Positions 19,474 through 30,343 are shown, counted from the first letter of the stretch. The stretch: DNA of 64,000 nt from an uncultured Bacteroidales bacterium (GCA_963730615.1 CAVSSR010000004.1:28890-92889); one strand, 5' to 3'. Numbers and translations are program-made. Notes: generated from the sequence alone by a model not told the origin.

Positions 19474-21987
19474 TTAAAACTGCTGACCTATTACAAAGTG
19501 GAACTGGCTTCCGTTAGCATCGGGATTTCCGGGGACAGGATCAAATCCGTAACCCCAGTCGATGCCGAGAAGGCCAAACATAGGCAGGTTGGCTCTCAGG
19601 CCAAAGCCTGCCGAGCGGTTCATTTTGAACGGGTTATATTCTTCCAGGCTGTACCATGCTCTTCCGGCCTCAAGGAACGCAAGACAGTAAATAGTTGCCT
19701 GAGGATTAAGTGATATCGGATACCGGAGTTCGAAGGTCAGCTTGGAATAGACGTTACCCGCCTCAACCAGCATACCATTCTTTACAACTGTCGGTGTCAG
19801 TGACCCGTTTGTATAACCTCTCAGGGCAATCACCTCGCGGCCGTAGAAACTGTATCCTGTCATGCCGTCTCCTCCGACATAGAAGTTCTCAAACGGTGAG
19901 GGGCCGATATCAGGATTGTAAAAACCGAGATACCCGAACGCTGCTTTGGCGTTCAGAATAAGCTTGTCATTTGATGAAAGCGGAATATAGTAATCAGCCT
20001 TAAAGACGACTTTATAGAACTCAATCCATTTGTATTTCACCTGGTCGACGACAACTTTTGAAAAATCCTTGCCGCTCAGCAAAGAATAGGGCGGGGTTGC
20101 CTGCAGTGAGAGGGAGAATGTTGAACCGCCGCGGGGATAAATTGTATTAGGACCGGCAGAGAATCTTGTCAGCCTGACCATGAGGGAACCGAGGTTGGCG
20201 ATACCGTTATCGAACAGGAACCGGTACTGCGTATAATTGTGCATGTTATACCTCTGGTAGCTACCTTCATAATAGATCGAGAAATAATCGTCAGGCCATT
20301 CAAGTCTCTTTCCGAAGCCCACCGAGGCGCCGTCAATGATCATGTGCTGTCTCCCGTCTGAATTCAGGGTCTGGCCGTTGGTCATGAGCGAGCGGTAATA
20401 TGAGAGTGACAGTGTGTTAGGTTTCTTGCCGCCAAGCCACGGCTCGATGAACGAGATATTATATGACTGGTAAACACGGCCGTTGGTCTGAAACCTTATC
20501 TGCACCGACTGGCCGTCACCGGAAGGATACGGTCTCCATTCGTTCCATTTGAAAAAGTTTCGCATGGCGAAGTTGTTGAATCTCACTCCGACGGTTCCGA
20601 CGAGCATGCCGGCACCCCATCCTCCGGAAATCTCGAACTGGTCATTGGCTTTTTCCTCGAGTTCATATAGCAGGTCAACTGTACCGTTTACCTGGTCAGG
20701 AATAGGAAGCGGGTTGATTTTTTCAGGGTCAAAATGACCAAGTACAGCCACCTGTCTTACGGAACGGATTATATTCTCCTTGCTGAACAGGTCACCCGGG
20801 AGGGTATAAAGCTCACGCCGTGCCACATGTTCATTGGTACGGGTATTTCCGGTGATCATGACATTGTTGAGATTGGCAGGGTCACCCTCGAAAATACGCA
20901 CTTCAAGATCGATGGAATCGCCTTCCACGCTCTTTTCCACGGGGGTCAGCCTGGAGAAGAGATATCCGTAATTAAGGTACAATGAGTTTACGGCATCCTC
21001 ATCCTCGATGAGTCTCTTGTTGATCATTGTCTGGTTATAGACATCACCGCTGGGGAAGTTAAAAACCTTGTTGAGCTGATCCTTTGTATAAATGCTGTTT
21101 CCCACCCAGTCAACATTCCTGAGGTAATACTGGTTACCTTCATTTACCCTGACCACCAGGCTCAGTTTGCCTTCATCGTCAGTGAAGGTATGGGACGAAT
21201 CCTTAACAATCCTGAAATCACGGAAGCCGTTTTCATTATAGAACTTAATAAGGTTCTCCCTGTCTTCCTTGTACTTATCCTCGATGAATTTGGACCCTTT
21301 AAATGGGTTAAGGTCTTTTTGCTTGGTTTCTTTCAGCTGTCTGCGCAGCTGTTTATCGGTGAAGAACTCATTGCCTTCGAACTCAATCTGCTCAATCTTG
21401 ACCTTTTCACTCTTGTCGACAGTGAAAACAAGAATCACATTGTTAGGCATATCAGGATCATCTTTCTGAACGATGGTCACCCTGGTGTTGAGGTAGCCTT
21501 TTTCAACATAATGGTCAGCTATGGTTCTTTCGGCCCTGTTGAGCAGGTGAGCTGTTACCTGTGATCCGATGGGAAGGCTGAGTTTCTCTATGAGATCTGT
21601 TTCCTCCGATTTTTTGATGCCTTCGAACTTCACTGATGAAAGCCTTGGTCTCTCCTGAAGATAAATATCAAGCCAGACATTTTCTTCATCCTTGTTTACT
21701 ATTGTGATCCTGACATCTGAGAAAAGTCCCTGATCCCACAGTTTCTTGACCGAAGCTGTGATCTGCTCTCCCGGTATCGTCACCTTCTGCCCTATTCGCA
21801 GTCCTGAAATACCTATGAGCGCGTTTGGTTCAAGAAATTTGACTCCGGAAACGGTTATACCGGCAATTGTATATTCCTCAGGGTAAAGGTAGCTGGCATA
21901 TTTATCTTCTGATTGTGCTGTGGCAACAGTGCCAGAAATCAATAGAATGAAAAGGAAAAGTATCTGCCTGAATTGTTCTTTCATCAT
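19474..21987 (-). CDS. bamA: Outer membrane protein assembly factor BamA
   Basis: POTRA repeats, 'LRGY' loop-6 motif, C-terminal 'FHFVIGQQF'; start set to ATG right after the uppS stop. Confidence 0.95.
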   Translation of the reverse strand: MMKEQFRQILFLFILLISGTVATAQSEDKYASYLYPEEYTIAGITVSGVKFLEPNALIGISGLRIGQKVTIPGEQITASVKKLWDQGLFSDVRITIVNKDEENVWLDIYLQERPRLSSVKFEGIKKSEETDLIEKLSLPIGSQVTAHLLNRAERTIADHYVEKGYLNTRVTIVQKDDPDMPNNVILVFTVDKSEKVKIEQIEFEGNEFFTDKQLRRQLKETKQKDLNPFKGSKFIEDKYKEDRENLIKFYNENGFRDFRIVKDSSHTFTDDEGKLSLVVRVNEGNQYYLRNVDWVGNSIYTKDQLNKVFNFPSGDVYNQTMINKRLIEDEDAVNSLYLNYGYLFSRLTPVEKSVEGDSIDLEVRIFEGDPANLNNVMITGNTRTNEHVARRELYTLPGDLFSKENIIRSVRQVAVLGHFDPEKINPLPIPDQVNGTVDLLYELEEKANDQFEISGGWGAGMLVGTVGVRFNNFAMRNFFKWNEWRPYPSGDGQSVQIRFQTNGRVYQSYNISFIEPWLGGKKPNTLSLSYYRSLMTNGQTLNSDGRQHMIIDGASVGFGKRLEWPDDYFSIYYEGSYQRYNMHNYTQYRFLFDNGIANLGSLMVRLTRFSAGPNTIYPRGGSTFSLSLQATPPYSLLSGKDFSKVVVDQVKYKWIEFYKVVFKADYYIPLSSNDKLILNAKAAFGYLGFYNPDIGPSPFENFYVGGDGMTGYSFYGREVIALRGYTNGSLTPTVVKNGMLVEAGNVYSKLTFELRYPISLNPQATIYCLAFLEAGRAWYSLEEYNPFKMNRSAGFGLRANLPMFGLLGIDWGYGFDPVPGNPDANGSQFHFVIGQQF

Positions 21988-21988
21988 C

Positions 21989-22738
21989 TCAGTTGTTTTC
22001 AGCAATTTGCTCACTGGTCTTACCATATCTTCTTTCCCTCTTCTGGAAATCGGCCACAGCCTTGTAGAAATCCTCTTTACCAAAATCGGGCCAAAGTTTT
22101 TCCGTGAAATACAGTTCAGTATAAGCAAGTTGCCATAGCAGGAAATTGCTGATCCGCTTTTCTCCGCTGGTTCGTATCATCAGTTCAGGATCAGGAATAC
22201 CTGAGGTCTCAAGGTTTTCTGTAACGGTATCTTCAGTTATATTGTCAGCATTCAGTAGGCCTGCCTTCACCGAACGGGCTATTTTGCGGCATGCTTCGGA
22301 TATCTCCCACCTTGATGAGTAACTCAGGGCTACTATAAGTTTCAGCTGCGTACATCCTTCAGTGATCCTGATTGTATCACGGAGTTTTGTCCTGACTTTC
22401 TCCGAGAGACGGCTAAGATCACCTATCACCGTTATAGATATATTATTTTTAAGAAGGGTATCTGTCTCGTTATTCAGTGATTCGACCATAATATCCATGA
22501 GAGCTGATACTTCTTCATCAGGCCTGTTCCAGTTTTCGGTGGAGAAAGCGTAGAGGGTGAGGTATTTTATACCCAGTTCTGCCGCAGCTTCAATGACTTT
22601 GCGTACAGCTTTGACACCCTGATGATGGCCAAAGATCCTTTCCTGTCCTCTTCTGCGCGCCCAACGACCGTTGCCGTCCATAATAACAGCAACATGTACC
22701 GGGAGTTTGTTTATATTTATTTTATCCTTAAAAGCCAA
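21989..22738 (-). CDS. uppS: Undecaprenyl diphosphate synthase
   Basis: 'HVAVIMDGNGRWA', 'YAFSTENWNRP', 'IRTSGEKRISNFLLWQ'. Confidence 0.96.
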   Translation of the reverse strand: MAFKDKININKLPVHVAVIMDGNGRWARRRGQERIFGHHQGVKAVRKVIEAAAELGIKYLTLYAFSTENWNRPDEEVSALMDIMVESLNNETDTLLKNNISITVIGDLSRLSEKVRTKLRDTIRITEGCTQLKLIVALSYSSRWEISEACRKIARSVKAGLLNADNITEDTVTENLETSGIPDPELMIRTSGEKRISNFLLWQLAYTELYFTEKLWPDFGKEDFYKAVADFQKRERRYGKTSEQIAENN

Positions 22739-22740
22739 TT

Positions 22741-23421
22741 CTACTTCTTTCTTTTTTTCTCCTTACCCATTTCTGCAAACGCCGGACATCCTGCAAGTTT
22801 ATTGTACATTTTCCAGGTTACTGAAACACCCATGAAGCTGTACCAGTCATTGTTGTGTGTCCATGTCTGACTGCCTATATTATCCTCATCGGTTTGGCCG
22901 TCAAATTTATCATTAAAAGTCTTACGAAATCCATATTCGAGTTCAAGGCCGATATTATTTGCAATATTTACCTTGAACCCGGCAGAGAATGGTATGGATA
23001 AAAAAGGGTTAAAGCTTTTTGCGGCTTCCTGGTTATAAACTGTTGAGAAGGCTGCGCCTATCGCAAGGTAAGGGGTGTAGTCAATGCGTCTGCTTCTCAT
23101 TGTGGAATAGGGGAAGAAATTATATTCATAGGTGGCTCCCAGCTCACTTAAAAAGACCTTCATTAGTTCACTGGAGTTGCTGAACCGGAGTGAGCCTGCG
23201 AGTAAATTTGCTCTTACAGCCTGTCTGGGATTGAAATTATACCTGTAGAAGAACTGTGCCGCCGGGCCCGGTCCGCTGATGACATTGACGGGGTTAATCT
23301 CGCCAAGGTAGTTGGTAGCACCAAGGGAGAAGCCAAAGTCGGCACGTCTCTGTGCCACCGCGGGCAAAGCCAGAATAACTAAAATTATCAGTATTATTAT
23401 CCTTTTCATTCCGTGGGTCAT
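22741..23421 (-). CDS. DUF6089/PorG-like outer-membrane beta-barrel
   Basis: 'G.TNYLGEIN', 'YRYNFNPR', 'RKTFNDKFDG', 'NNDWYSFMG...CPA'. Confidence 0.8.
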   Translation of the reverse strand: MTHGMKRIIILIILVILALPAVAQRRADFGFSLGATNYLGEINPVNVISGPGPAAQFFYRYNFNPRQAVRANLLAGSLRFSNSSELMKVFLSELGATYEYNFFPYSTMRSRRIDYTPYLAIGAAFSTVYNQEAAKSFNPFLSIPFSAGFKVNIANNIGLELEYGFRKTFNDKFDGQTDEDNIGSQTWTHNNDWYSFMGVSVTWKMYNKLAGCPAFAEMGKEKKRKK

Positions 23422-24196
23422 TTGAACATTATCTGAACGATTGTCTGACGAGGTAATCCGTTACGGGCTGTTTTGATCCTGTAATTAAATGTTAAGCTGA
23501 ATGTATGATAGACATCATTCCTTTCAGACCAATCGAGATGTATATCCGTCGAGGTAATCAGAAAAGGCATATCGTCCGGACAACTCTATGCCAAAAAGAA
23601 TATTCGGGTCCCAGGCAAGTTTGGCACCCACACCCAAAGGTATTATGGCTGCGAATCCGCTGGTTGGCTGACCCCGGGCCTCAAGGGCATCATTGGGATT
23701 AACTGAGAACCAGGCACCTCCAACCCCGGTAAGTGCATAGACATCAACACTTCTGAAGAAGTCTTTCAGTCTGTTCCTTGACCTTCCCCTGTTCAGTCTG
23801 AAACAGGAAGCTGTTTCGTTCACGGTTCCTGACAAAATAATACTCGCCGATGACCGATGGTTCAAAGAGTGAGGTGACAGCTTCATATCCCCGGTCCTCG
23901 TTCGAGCCTCTTTCGTCAGTGGCGTGAAGCATTACATATGACAGGTTGATCCGGGCGGCTATATTATCAGCGAAGAAATACCTGAATGCACCGTTGACAT
24001 TAAATCGTGTCTGCTTGAATGTGAGATCTTTCAGTCCCCATGCATTTTCCCCGTTTGTATACCCTCCGACATCACCATAAAACTGTGAAGTGCCTGCTCC
24101 CCCGGTGACTTCATATCTCTTCATTTTCCAGAGCTGAGCTCCGGAATATGGTGCACACAAAAAGATCACCAGGCTGAAAAGAATTAAACGTCTCAT
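23418..24196 (-). CDS. Second DUF6089-family beta-barrel (+1 insertions near 23801 and 23535)
   Basis: 'G.SQFYGDVGG', 'IPLGVGAK', 'RYAFSDYLDG', 'NDVYH'. Confidence 0.75.
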
Positions 24197-24274
24197 TAAT
24201 AGTTACCCAGTAGGTTAGCGTACAAATATAAGGTATTGTATAATATCAAAAACTTAAAAATTCCTTAATTATTG

Positions 24275-25153
24275 TCAGTTACGGCGGTCTGCACCCCACA
24301 TCAGCTTATTCCTCAGAGTGCTGAAAAAATCGTTTCCGCGCGTAGTTACGGTAGGCAGTTTAAGCTTTGCCTGTCTTATTTCGATGTTTATCCCCAGGGG
24401 TGCCCTGACGGCTTTCGAATCGCATGTGATCATGCACTCATTGCTCCTTCCCCCTGTCTCCATAGTGATTGTGCTGCCTCCGGTGACGATAATGGGTCTT
24501 ATGGTCAGGTTATGCGGCGACATGGGTGCAATGATGATGCTCTCATCCGAAGGAGAAAGTATAGGCCCGCCGACGCTGAGGTTATAAGCTGTTGAACCTG
24601 TGGCTGATGATATTATAAGGCCGTCAGCCCTGTATGTGTTGAGGAAGATACCGTTGACCCTGACAGTTATTGTGATCATGCTCTGGTCAGTCTTTTGAAT
24701 TGTTACCTCATTGAGAGCCAGGGAACTTTTCTCTCCGAAGAGGCCTTCAGGAGTAACAATCTCAAGCATAGATCTGCTGATTACGTCATAGTCTCCTGAA
24801 AACAGCATTTCTATGGCTTTTCCGATATCGTCATCAGGAATATTTGCCAGAAAACCGAGCCGGCCGGTATTTATACCTGCGACAGGTATACCTGTTTCGC
24901 GCACCCTCATAGCCGTTTCAAGAAAGGTGCCGTCACCGCCCACGCTCATTATAAGGTCAATATCGGCGGGCAGTTCGGAAACCCCTTCGAACAGTATGAC
25001 CCTGGTATCGGAAGCAAACTGATTGCCACCTGATTCCATTATATTAAGATAAATGGTTGCGCCGTTGGTGTGCAGGGCATCAATGAGCCGTAACAGCCCT
25101 GCCATAGTCTTCTCTGTCAGACCCTTACTGTATAAAGCAATTTTTTTTGACAT
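24275..25153 (-). CDS. nadK: NAD kinase
   Basis: 'GGDGTFL', 'GINTGRLGFL', 'LNE', 'DGLIISSATGSTAYNLSVGGP'. Confidence 0.95.
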   Translation of the reverse strand: MSKKIALYSKGLTEKTMAGLLRLIDALHTNGATIYLNIMESGGNQFASDTRVILFEGVSELPADIDLIMSVGGDGTFLETAMRVRETGIPVAGINTGRLGFLANIPDDDIGKAIEMLFSGDYDVISRSMLEIVTPEGLFGEKSSLALNEVTIQKTDQSMITITVRVNGIFLNTYRADGLIISSATGSTAYNLSVGGPILSPSDESIIIAPMSPHNLTIRPIIVTGGSTITMETGGRSNECMITCDSKAVRAPLGINIEIRQAKLKLPTVTTRGNDFFSTLRNKLMWGADRRN

Positions 25154-25164
25154 GCTTTAAACTG

Positions 25165-25830
25165 TTAAATATTGAGATATTTCATTAACAGGTTATACCT
25201 GTCGGTATAAAAACGGTCAAGCTCATCATTGTCGGTTACCCAGGTGGTGACCTCGTATGAATACCTTTCAAAGGTCTTAATGATGGAGGTCAGATCTGTT
25301 GTATTTACCTTTAATGTTATCTCCAGGCTTGTGGAATCGGGATTTGAGGTGATATACATGCTTAGTATCCTTGCATCGTTGCTTTCCACAATCTGAGAGA
25401 TGCGGCTCATTGAGTAATCATGCGACAGGACCTGCAATACGATCAGTCCTCCGGGCTGGTCGACGGATGAAAACGATGCTATGCCTTTGATGATCTCGTT
25501 ATAGGTGATTACACCCCTGAAGTGATTTTCTTCATCGAGTACAGGAACGACAGTAAGCCTGTGTCTTGCTGCCAGGGCGAGCACTTCGTAAATATGCTTG
25601 TTGCTTGTCACATAAGGTCTTGGCAGGGAAAGGGAGTGATTGCCAATTGCTTCTTCAGGCTGGTTCAGGTCATAGATATCACTGTCTGAGATAAGACCCA
25701 GGTAGTCGTGCTCATTTACAATAGGCAGGTGCGATACGCGGAAGATCTCCATCCAGTTCAGGGCTGTCTGTCCTGTGTCGGATGTCTTCACCGCCGGGAC
25801 CACATCGGATATCATCTCTTTGGCAAGCAT
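25165..25830 (-). CDS. CBS-domain protein with ACT-like C-terminus
   Basis: Paired CBS repeats ('HLPIVN', 'VPVLDE..GVIT'). Confidence 0.85.
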   Translation of the reverse strand: MLAKEMISDVVPAVKTSDTGQTALNWMEIFRVSHLPIVNEHDYLGLISDSDIYDLNQPEEAIGNHSLSLPRPYVTSNKHIYEVLALAARHRLTVVPVLDEENHFRGVITYNEIIKGIASFSSVDQPGGLIVLQVLSHDYSMSRISQIVESNDARILSMYITSNPDSTSLEITLKVNTTDLTSIIKTFERYSYEVTTWVTDNDELDRFYTDRYNLLMKYLNI

Positions 25831-25908
25831 TCAGTCATTCATTTAATGATAAAAGTACAAAAAACTATGGATCGTTGTAACTTTGCACGGCAGACAGTCA
25901 AGGAAGCC

Positions 25909-26628
25909 ATGACAAGATTAAGCGTTAATATCAACAAAATTGCCACATTGCGGAATGCCCGCGGCGGCAATGTTCCGGATGTAAGGCTCGCAGCAATCAA
26001 ATGCCAGGCATTCGGTGCCGAGGGCATCACCGTGCACCCGAGACCTGACGAAAGACACATCAGGTACGGTGATGTCTATATTTTAAAGGAGGTAGTCACA
26101 ACCGAATTCAATATCGAAGGCAATCCGGGAAAAGAATTCATCAGGCTTGTGCATGACATTGTACCTGAACAGGTTACTCTTGTTCCTGATGCACATGATG
26201 CAGTGACTTCCAATGCCGGGTGGGACACAAAAGCCAACCTCTCATTTCTTACTGATGTGATAGCAGGATTCAGGGAAAAAGGAATTCGTACTTCGATCTT
26301 TACCGGCACTGACCAGGTAATGCTGGAGTACGCTGCCAGGTGCGGTACTGACCGTGTTGAACTGTACACCGAACCCTATGCTTCAATGTTCCCGGTGGAC
26401 AGGGAGGCAGCTGTTGCGCCGTTTGTAAAGGCAGCAGAGACAGCCCGCGACCTGGGGCTGGGGCTGAATGCCGGGCATGATCTGGATCTTGGTAACCTTG
26501 CATGGCTGCACAGCAGAATACCATGGCTGCTTGAAGTGTCAATAGGGCACGCACTTATTGCTGATGCACTCTATTTCGGGCTCGAGAACACAATTCAGAT
26601 GTACCTTCGCGAGCTCAGACGAAGCTGA
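25909..26628 (+). CDS. pdxJ: Pyridoxine 5'-phosphate synthase
   Basis: '[15 protein letters not shown]', '[11 protein letters not shown]', 'NAGHDL', 'EVSIGHALI'; TAACTTTG at 25878-25885. Confidence 0.96.
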   Translation: MTRLSVNINKIATLRNARGGNVPDVRLAAIKCQAFGAEGITVHPRPDERHIRYGDVYILKEVVTTEFNIEGNPGKEFIRLVHDIVPEQVTLVPDAHDAVTSNAGWDTKANLSFLTDVIAGFREKGIRTSIFTGTDQVMLEYAARCGTDRVELYTEPYASMFPVDREAAVAPFVKAAETARDLGLGLNAGHDLDLGNLAWLHSRIPWLLEVSIGHALIADALYFGLENTIQMYLRELRRS

Positions 26629-26631
26629 TTC

Positions 26632-27240
26632 CTATTTCAGGTGTTTCTCAATGATTGTCCTGAGCACCTCTATTGCCACGAGGTTCTCCCCGCCTCCGGG
26701 AACAATAATATCCGCATATCTTTTTGATGGCTCAATGAACTGGAGATGTGATGGTTTCACAGTCTCGTTATAGCGTTCCAGCACTTTGAGCACCGACCGG
26801 CCGCGTTCGACTATATCGCGCTGAATAACCCTTCCCAGCCTGTCGTCAGCATCGGCATCGACGAAGACCTTGATGTCGAGCATCGACCTCAGTCCGGGGT
26901 CAACAAGCACCATGATTCCTTCCACGACCACCACGTCAGCAGGTTTCACCGGTATGGTCTCTTCCGACCTGACGCAGGTGAGGTATGAATAGATTGGCAT
27001 TTTTATCGGTCGTCCGGCCTTCAGCTCGGCCAGGTGCGCCATCAGCAGCGGCCATTCGACCGAATCGGGATGATCAAAGTTTATTTTCTGCCTTTCTTCC
27101 ATAGGAATATGACTGTTGTCTTTGTAGTAGCTGTCCTGAGGAAGTATCACGACCTCATCACGGGGAAGCATCTCGATCAGTTTACGGACAACGGTTGTCT
27201 TTCCTGAACCTGTTCCCCCGGCAATCCCGACGGTAAGCAT
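26632..27240 (-). CDS. udk: Uridine kinase
   Basis: 'GIAGGTGSGKTT', 'QDSYY', 'NFDHP', 'FIEPSKRYADII'. Confidence 0.95.
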   Translation of the reverse strand: MLTVGIAGGTGSGKTTVVRKLIEMLPRDEVVILPQDSYYKDNSHIPMEERQKINFDHPDSVEWPLLMAHLAELKAGRPIKMPIYSYLTCVRSEETIPVKPADVVVVEGIMVLVDPGLRSMLDIKVFVDADADDRLGRVIQRDIVERGRSVLKVLERYNETVKPSHLQFIEPSKRYADIIVPGGGENLVAIEVLRTIIEKHLK

Positions 27241-27279
27241 AAAATGTTTATTTTTGTATCAAATGTAGCAAAAAACTCC

Positions 27280-27583
27280 ATGATTAAGCATATAGTCATT
27301 TTCAAGCTTTCTGCGCCGTACACGCAGGAGGAGAAGGAGAAATCCATACAGGAAGCTTAAAGAGATCTACGGGCCGCTCGGGAATAAATTTGACTATATT
27401 ATTGAATACAGGACCGGCGTTAACATTCTTGAGGCGGATCATGCCGGCGACTTCGTCATCGATTCGATCTTTGCCTCCCCTGAAGATCTTCGGCGGTACC
27501 AGTCCAGCGACCATCACAGGGAGGCTGTTTCGGTGTGCTCAGTAATAAAGAAGGCGAAGATTGTAATTGATTACGTTATCTGA
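27280..27583 (+). CDS. Dabb (stress-responsive A/B barrel) protein, absent from the ORF track (+1 insertion near 27350)
   Basis: Reconstructed MIKHIVIFKL...YRTGVNI...DFVIDSIFASPEDLRRYQSSDHHREAV...IVIDYVI*. Confidence 0.75.
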
Positions 27584-27585
27584 GC

Positions 27586-28578
27586 ATGAATTCACTCTAT
27601 CCGATAAAGTTCAGGCCTGTGCTCAAGGAGACGCTCTGGGGAGGCAGTGCCCTCAGGGAGCGTTTCGGCAAGGAGGGCAAAGGCGGGGCAAACATTGGAG
27701 AGAGCTGGGAGATTAACGGCATGACCGGGGCAAGCTCGCGGATAGCCAACGGCTTTCTCAAGGGCAACACCCTCGAGGAGGTGATCGAAATATATATGGG
27801 AGATCTCGTGGGTGATTCCGTCTTTGAGAAGTTCGGCAGCGAATTCCCCCTGCTCATCAAGTTCATCGATGCCAGGGACACCCTGTCAATACAGGTACAT
27901 CCCGGGGACAAGCTTGCATCAGAAAGGCACCATGCCTGGGGCAAGACAGAGATGTGGTATGTCATCGATGCAGCACCCGGTGCATTGATTTACACAGGGT
28001 TCAAAAAAAAGACCACCAGGGAAGAGTATCTCGGATATGTTGAAAGGAAAGAACTTGCCAGCCTCATCAATGCAACGCCGGTATCACCCGGTGATACATT
28101 CTTCATTCCGGCAGGTATGGTACACTCCATTGGTGCAGGAGTACTCCTGACAGAAATACAGCAGACATCCGATATCACATACAGGATCTACGACTGGGAC
28201 AGGGTTGACAGCAAGGGCAAGGCACGCGAGATGCATGCGGAGCTTGCCGTTGATGCAATCAATTTCGACCTTGACCAGCCGAACCTGATAAGAAAGGCTC
28301 CCGAAACAAATCATCCGGTAATGCTTGCCACATGTGAATATTTCCATACAAGTCTGCTCCGGCTTGACAGGCCTGTGATCAAGGACTGCAGCATGATTGA
28401 CTCTTTTATTATATATATTTGTACAGAGAGCATGGTTGTTGTTGACTGTTTCGATCACAGTGAAGAGCTGAGAGCCGGCGAGACAATTCTCATACCTGCC
28501 GCTGCCGACAGCGTGACTCTCATTCCCCGGGGAACGGCCAGATTACTTGAAGTTTATATACCACAAATACACAATTGA
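27586..28578 (+). CDS. manA: Mannose-6-phosphate isomerase, class I
   Basis: 'LWGG', 'IGESWE', 'LSIQVHP', 'KTEMWY', 'EIQQTSDITYRIYDW'. Confidence 0.93.
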   Translation: MNSLYPIKFRPVLKETLWGGSALRERFGKEGKGGANIGESWEINGMTGASSRIANGFLKGNTLEEVIEIYMGDLVGDSVFEKFGSEFPLLIKFIDARDTLSIQVHPGDKLASERHHAWGKTEMWYVIDAAPGALIYTGFKKKTTREEYLGYVERKELASLINATPVSPGDTFFIPAGMVHSIGAGVLLTEIQQTSDITYRIYDWDRVDSKGKAREMHAELAVDAINFDLDQPNLIRKAPETNHPVMLATCEYFHTSLLRLDRPVIKDCSMIDSFIIYICTESMVVVDCFDHSEELRAGETILIPAAADSVTLIPRGTARLLEVYIPQIHN

Positions 28579-28579
28579 A

Positions 28580-29341
28580 ATGAAACAATTTGCATCTTTC
28601 TTACTGACACTGACATTCCTCATTGCTGTCTCATGCGGCAGCGGTACCGGCGATACCGGCGGGGAAAAGAAAAAAGGAAAACATGAGGCTGACACCGGTT
28701 ATTCAGGTGTAAAGAGCTATTTCAAGGACGACGTTAAGGTTAAGGAGGTTGCATTTGAAAACGGCATCAGGCAGGGACTGTCGCGCTCATTCTCCAAGGG
28801 AGGCGTCCTCGAACAGGAGATCATGTACGTCGACGGCAAGAAAAGCGGAGAGGCAAAATGGTACTACCCTGACGGCAAGCTTTTCAGGGTCACCCCATAT
28901 GTCAATGACACAATCAGCGGATCACAGATACAATACTATAAGAGCGGCCGTGTAAAGGCAAAGCTCGATTATCTGGACGGCAGGCGATTACCCGGCCTGG
29001 AGGAGTTCAATATGGACGGGTCAAAAATAACCGGGTACCCGACTCCACAGTACAGAATAGAAGATCTGTATAAGGAAAAGGGAGTCTGCAAACTATTCAT
29101 TGAGATGTCTGACATGGCTGAGAATGTCAAATACTACAGAGGCGATTTTACAGACGGGATGGTCGATCTTACAATCCTTACGCCGCTGCTCCAGACAGCC
29201 ACCACGGGTTATCTCGATCTGAAAAAGACACCGGGGCACAGTGCGGACTCTGTAACTGTCGTGGCTGCGTATCTGACCGGCTTTGGCAACAGACTGTATT
29301 ACCGGCTGTCAATACCTTTGCCGTATAAAGATTTAAACTAA
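28580..29341 (+). CDS. MORN-variant (YwqK-like) repeat lipoprotein
   Basis: Lipobox 'AVSC'; repeats 'NG.RQG...DGKKSG...WYYPDGKL...YYKSGRV'. Confidence 0.7.
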   Translation: MKQFASFLLTLTFLIAVSCGSGTGDTGGEKKKGKHEADTGYSGVKSYFKDDVKVKEVAFENGIRQGLSRSFSKGGVLEQEIMYVDGKKSGEAKWYYPDGKLFRVTPYVNDTISGSQIQYYKSGRVKAKLDYLDGRRLPGLEEFNMDGSKITGYPTPQYRIEDLYKEKGVCKLFIEMSDMAENVKYYRGDFTDGMVDLTILTPLLQTATTGYLDLKKTPGHSADSVTVVAAYLTGFGNRLYYRLSIPLPYKDLN

Positions 29342-29348
29342 ACACGCT

Positions 29349-29735
29349 ATGTCACAGATACTTGTACCGGGCATCAAGCTCACAGTTACCAGGACGGTCG
29401 GTGAAGGTGACACCGCAGCTGTTTACGGTTCAGGTCTCCTTGATGTGCTTTCGACGCCGGCAATGATCGCTTTCATGGAGCAGACAGCCATGAAAGCTGT
29501 GGAAGCATGTCTCAACGACGGCGAAGGCACCGTAGGGACAGAGGTCAGCGTAAAACATATCAAAGCCACCAGGGTGGGTAAAAGTGTGACATGCACTGCG
29601 ACCCTGAAAGAGGTGAATGGTAAAAGACTGCTGTTTCATGTCGAAGCGAGCGACGACGACGGAAAGATAGGAGAAGGTCTGCATGAAAGATTCATTATCG
29701 AGAACGAAAAGTTCATGGCCAAATTAAAGAAGTAA
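29349..29735 (+). CDS. FlK-like hot-dog thioesterase
   Basis: 'GSGLLDVLSTPAMIAFME', 'TVGTEVSVKH', 'IGEGLHER'. Confidence 0.9.
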   Translation: MSQILVPGIKLTVTRTVGEGDTAAVYGSGLLDVLSTPAMIAFMEQTAMKAVEACLNDGEGTVGTEVSVKHIKATRVGKSVTCTATLKEVNGKRLLFHVEASDDDGKIGEGLHERFIIENEKFMAKLKK

Positions 29736-30343
29736 TGATCATCAGATCTGCTTCTTATGTCACCAGCAGCGCCAAGATCAGCCAGTTACCTTCGCCTGAT
29801 ATGCCTGAGTATGCTTTCATCGGCAGGTCAAACGTGGGCAAGTCGTCGCTGATTAATATGCTGGTGGGAAAGAAAGGTCTTGCCAAAATTTCCGTCAATC
29901 CGGGTAAGACGCAAACCATCAATCACTTTCTTATCAATGAGAGCTGGTACCTTGTTGATCTCCCGGGTTACGGTTATGCCCGCCGCTCTCAGAAAATGAG
30001 GGAGGAGTGGGACAGGCTCTTCAAGTCGTACATCACCCTTCGTGAGAACCTGATCTCCCTGTTTGTTCTGGTAGATTCCCGGCATGAGCCCATGCCTTCT
30101 GACATGGCCCTGATGGAAAGACTGGCTCTCAACGGTGTGCCATTCGCCAGGGTATTCACAAAGACTGACAAGACCGGGCCCCGCGTTGCAGAGAAAATCA
30201 AGCTCATTCATGACAGAATGATGCTTGAAACCTGGGAGAGCCTTCCCCCGACGTTCGTCACCTCAGCCACAAAAGGCACCGGCAGGGACGAGCTGCTTGA
30301 TTACATCAGGGATACGATGAAATTTTATGAAAGGAAAAAATGA
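29735..30343 (+). CDS. engB: Ribosome biogenesis GTPase YihA/EngB
   Basis: 'GRSNVGKSSLIN', 'PGKTQ', 'DLPGYGYA', 'TKTDK'. Confidence 0.95.
   Translation: MIIRSASYVTSSAKISQLPSPDMPEYAFIGRSNVGKSSLINMLVGKKGLAKISVNPGKTQTINHFLINESWYLVDLPGYGYARRSQKMREEWDRLFKSYITLRENLISLFVLVDSRHEPMPSDMALMERLALNGVPFARVFTKTDKTGPRVAEKIKLIHDRMMLETWESLPPTFVTSATKGTGRDELLDYIRDTMKFYERKK

Noticed and set aside
21988-22128. N-terminal extensions in the ORF track (bamA, pdxJ, proline dehydrogenase, nitroreductase, ychF, ECF at 52013)
   Set aside because: They overlap neighbouring genes or promoters; downstream ATGs fit signal peptides and TAnnTTTG positions better
28580-29341. YwqK-type toxin-antitoxin system
   Set aside because: MORN-variant lipoprotein in a housekeeping run with no adjacent toxin gene
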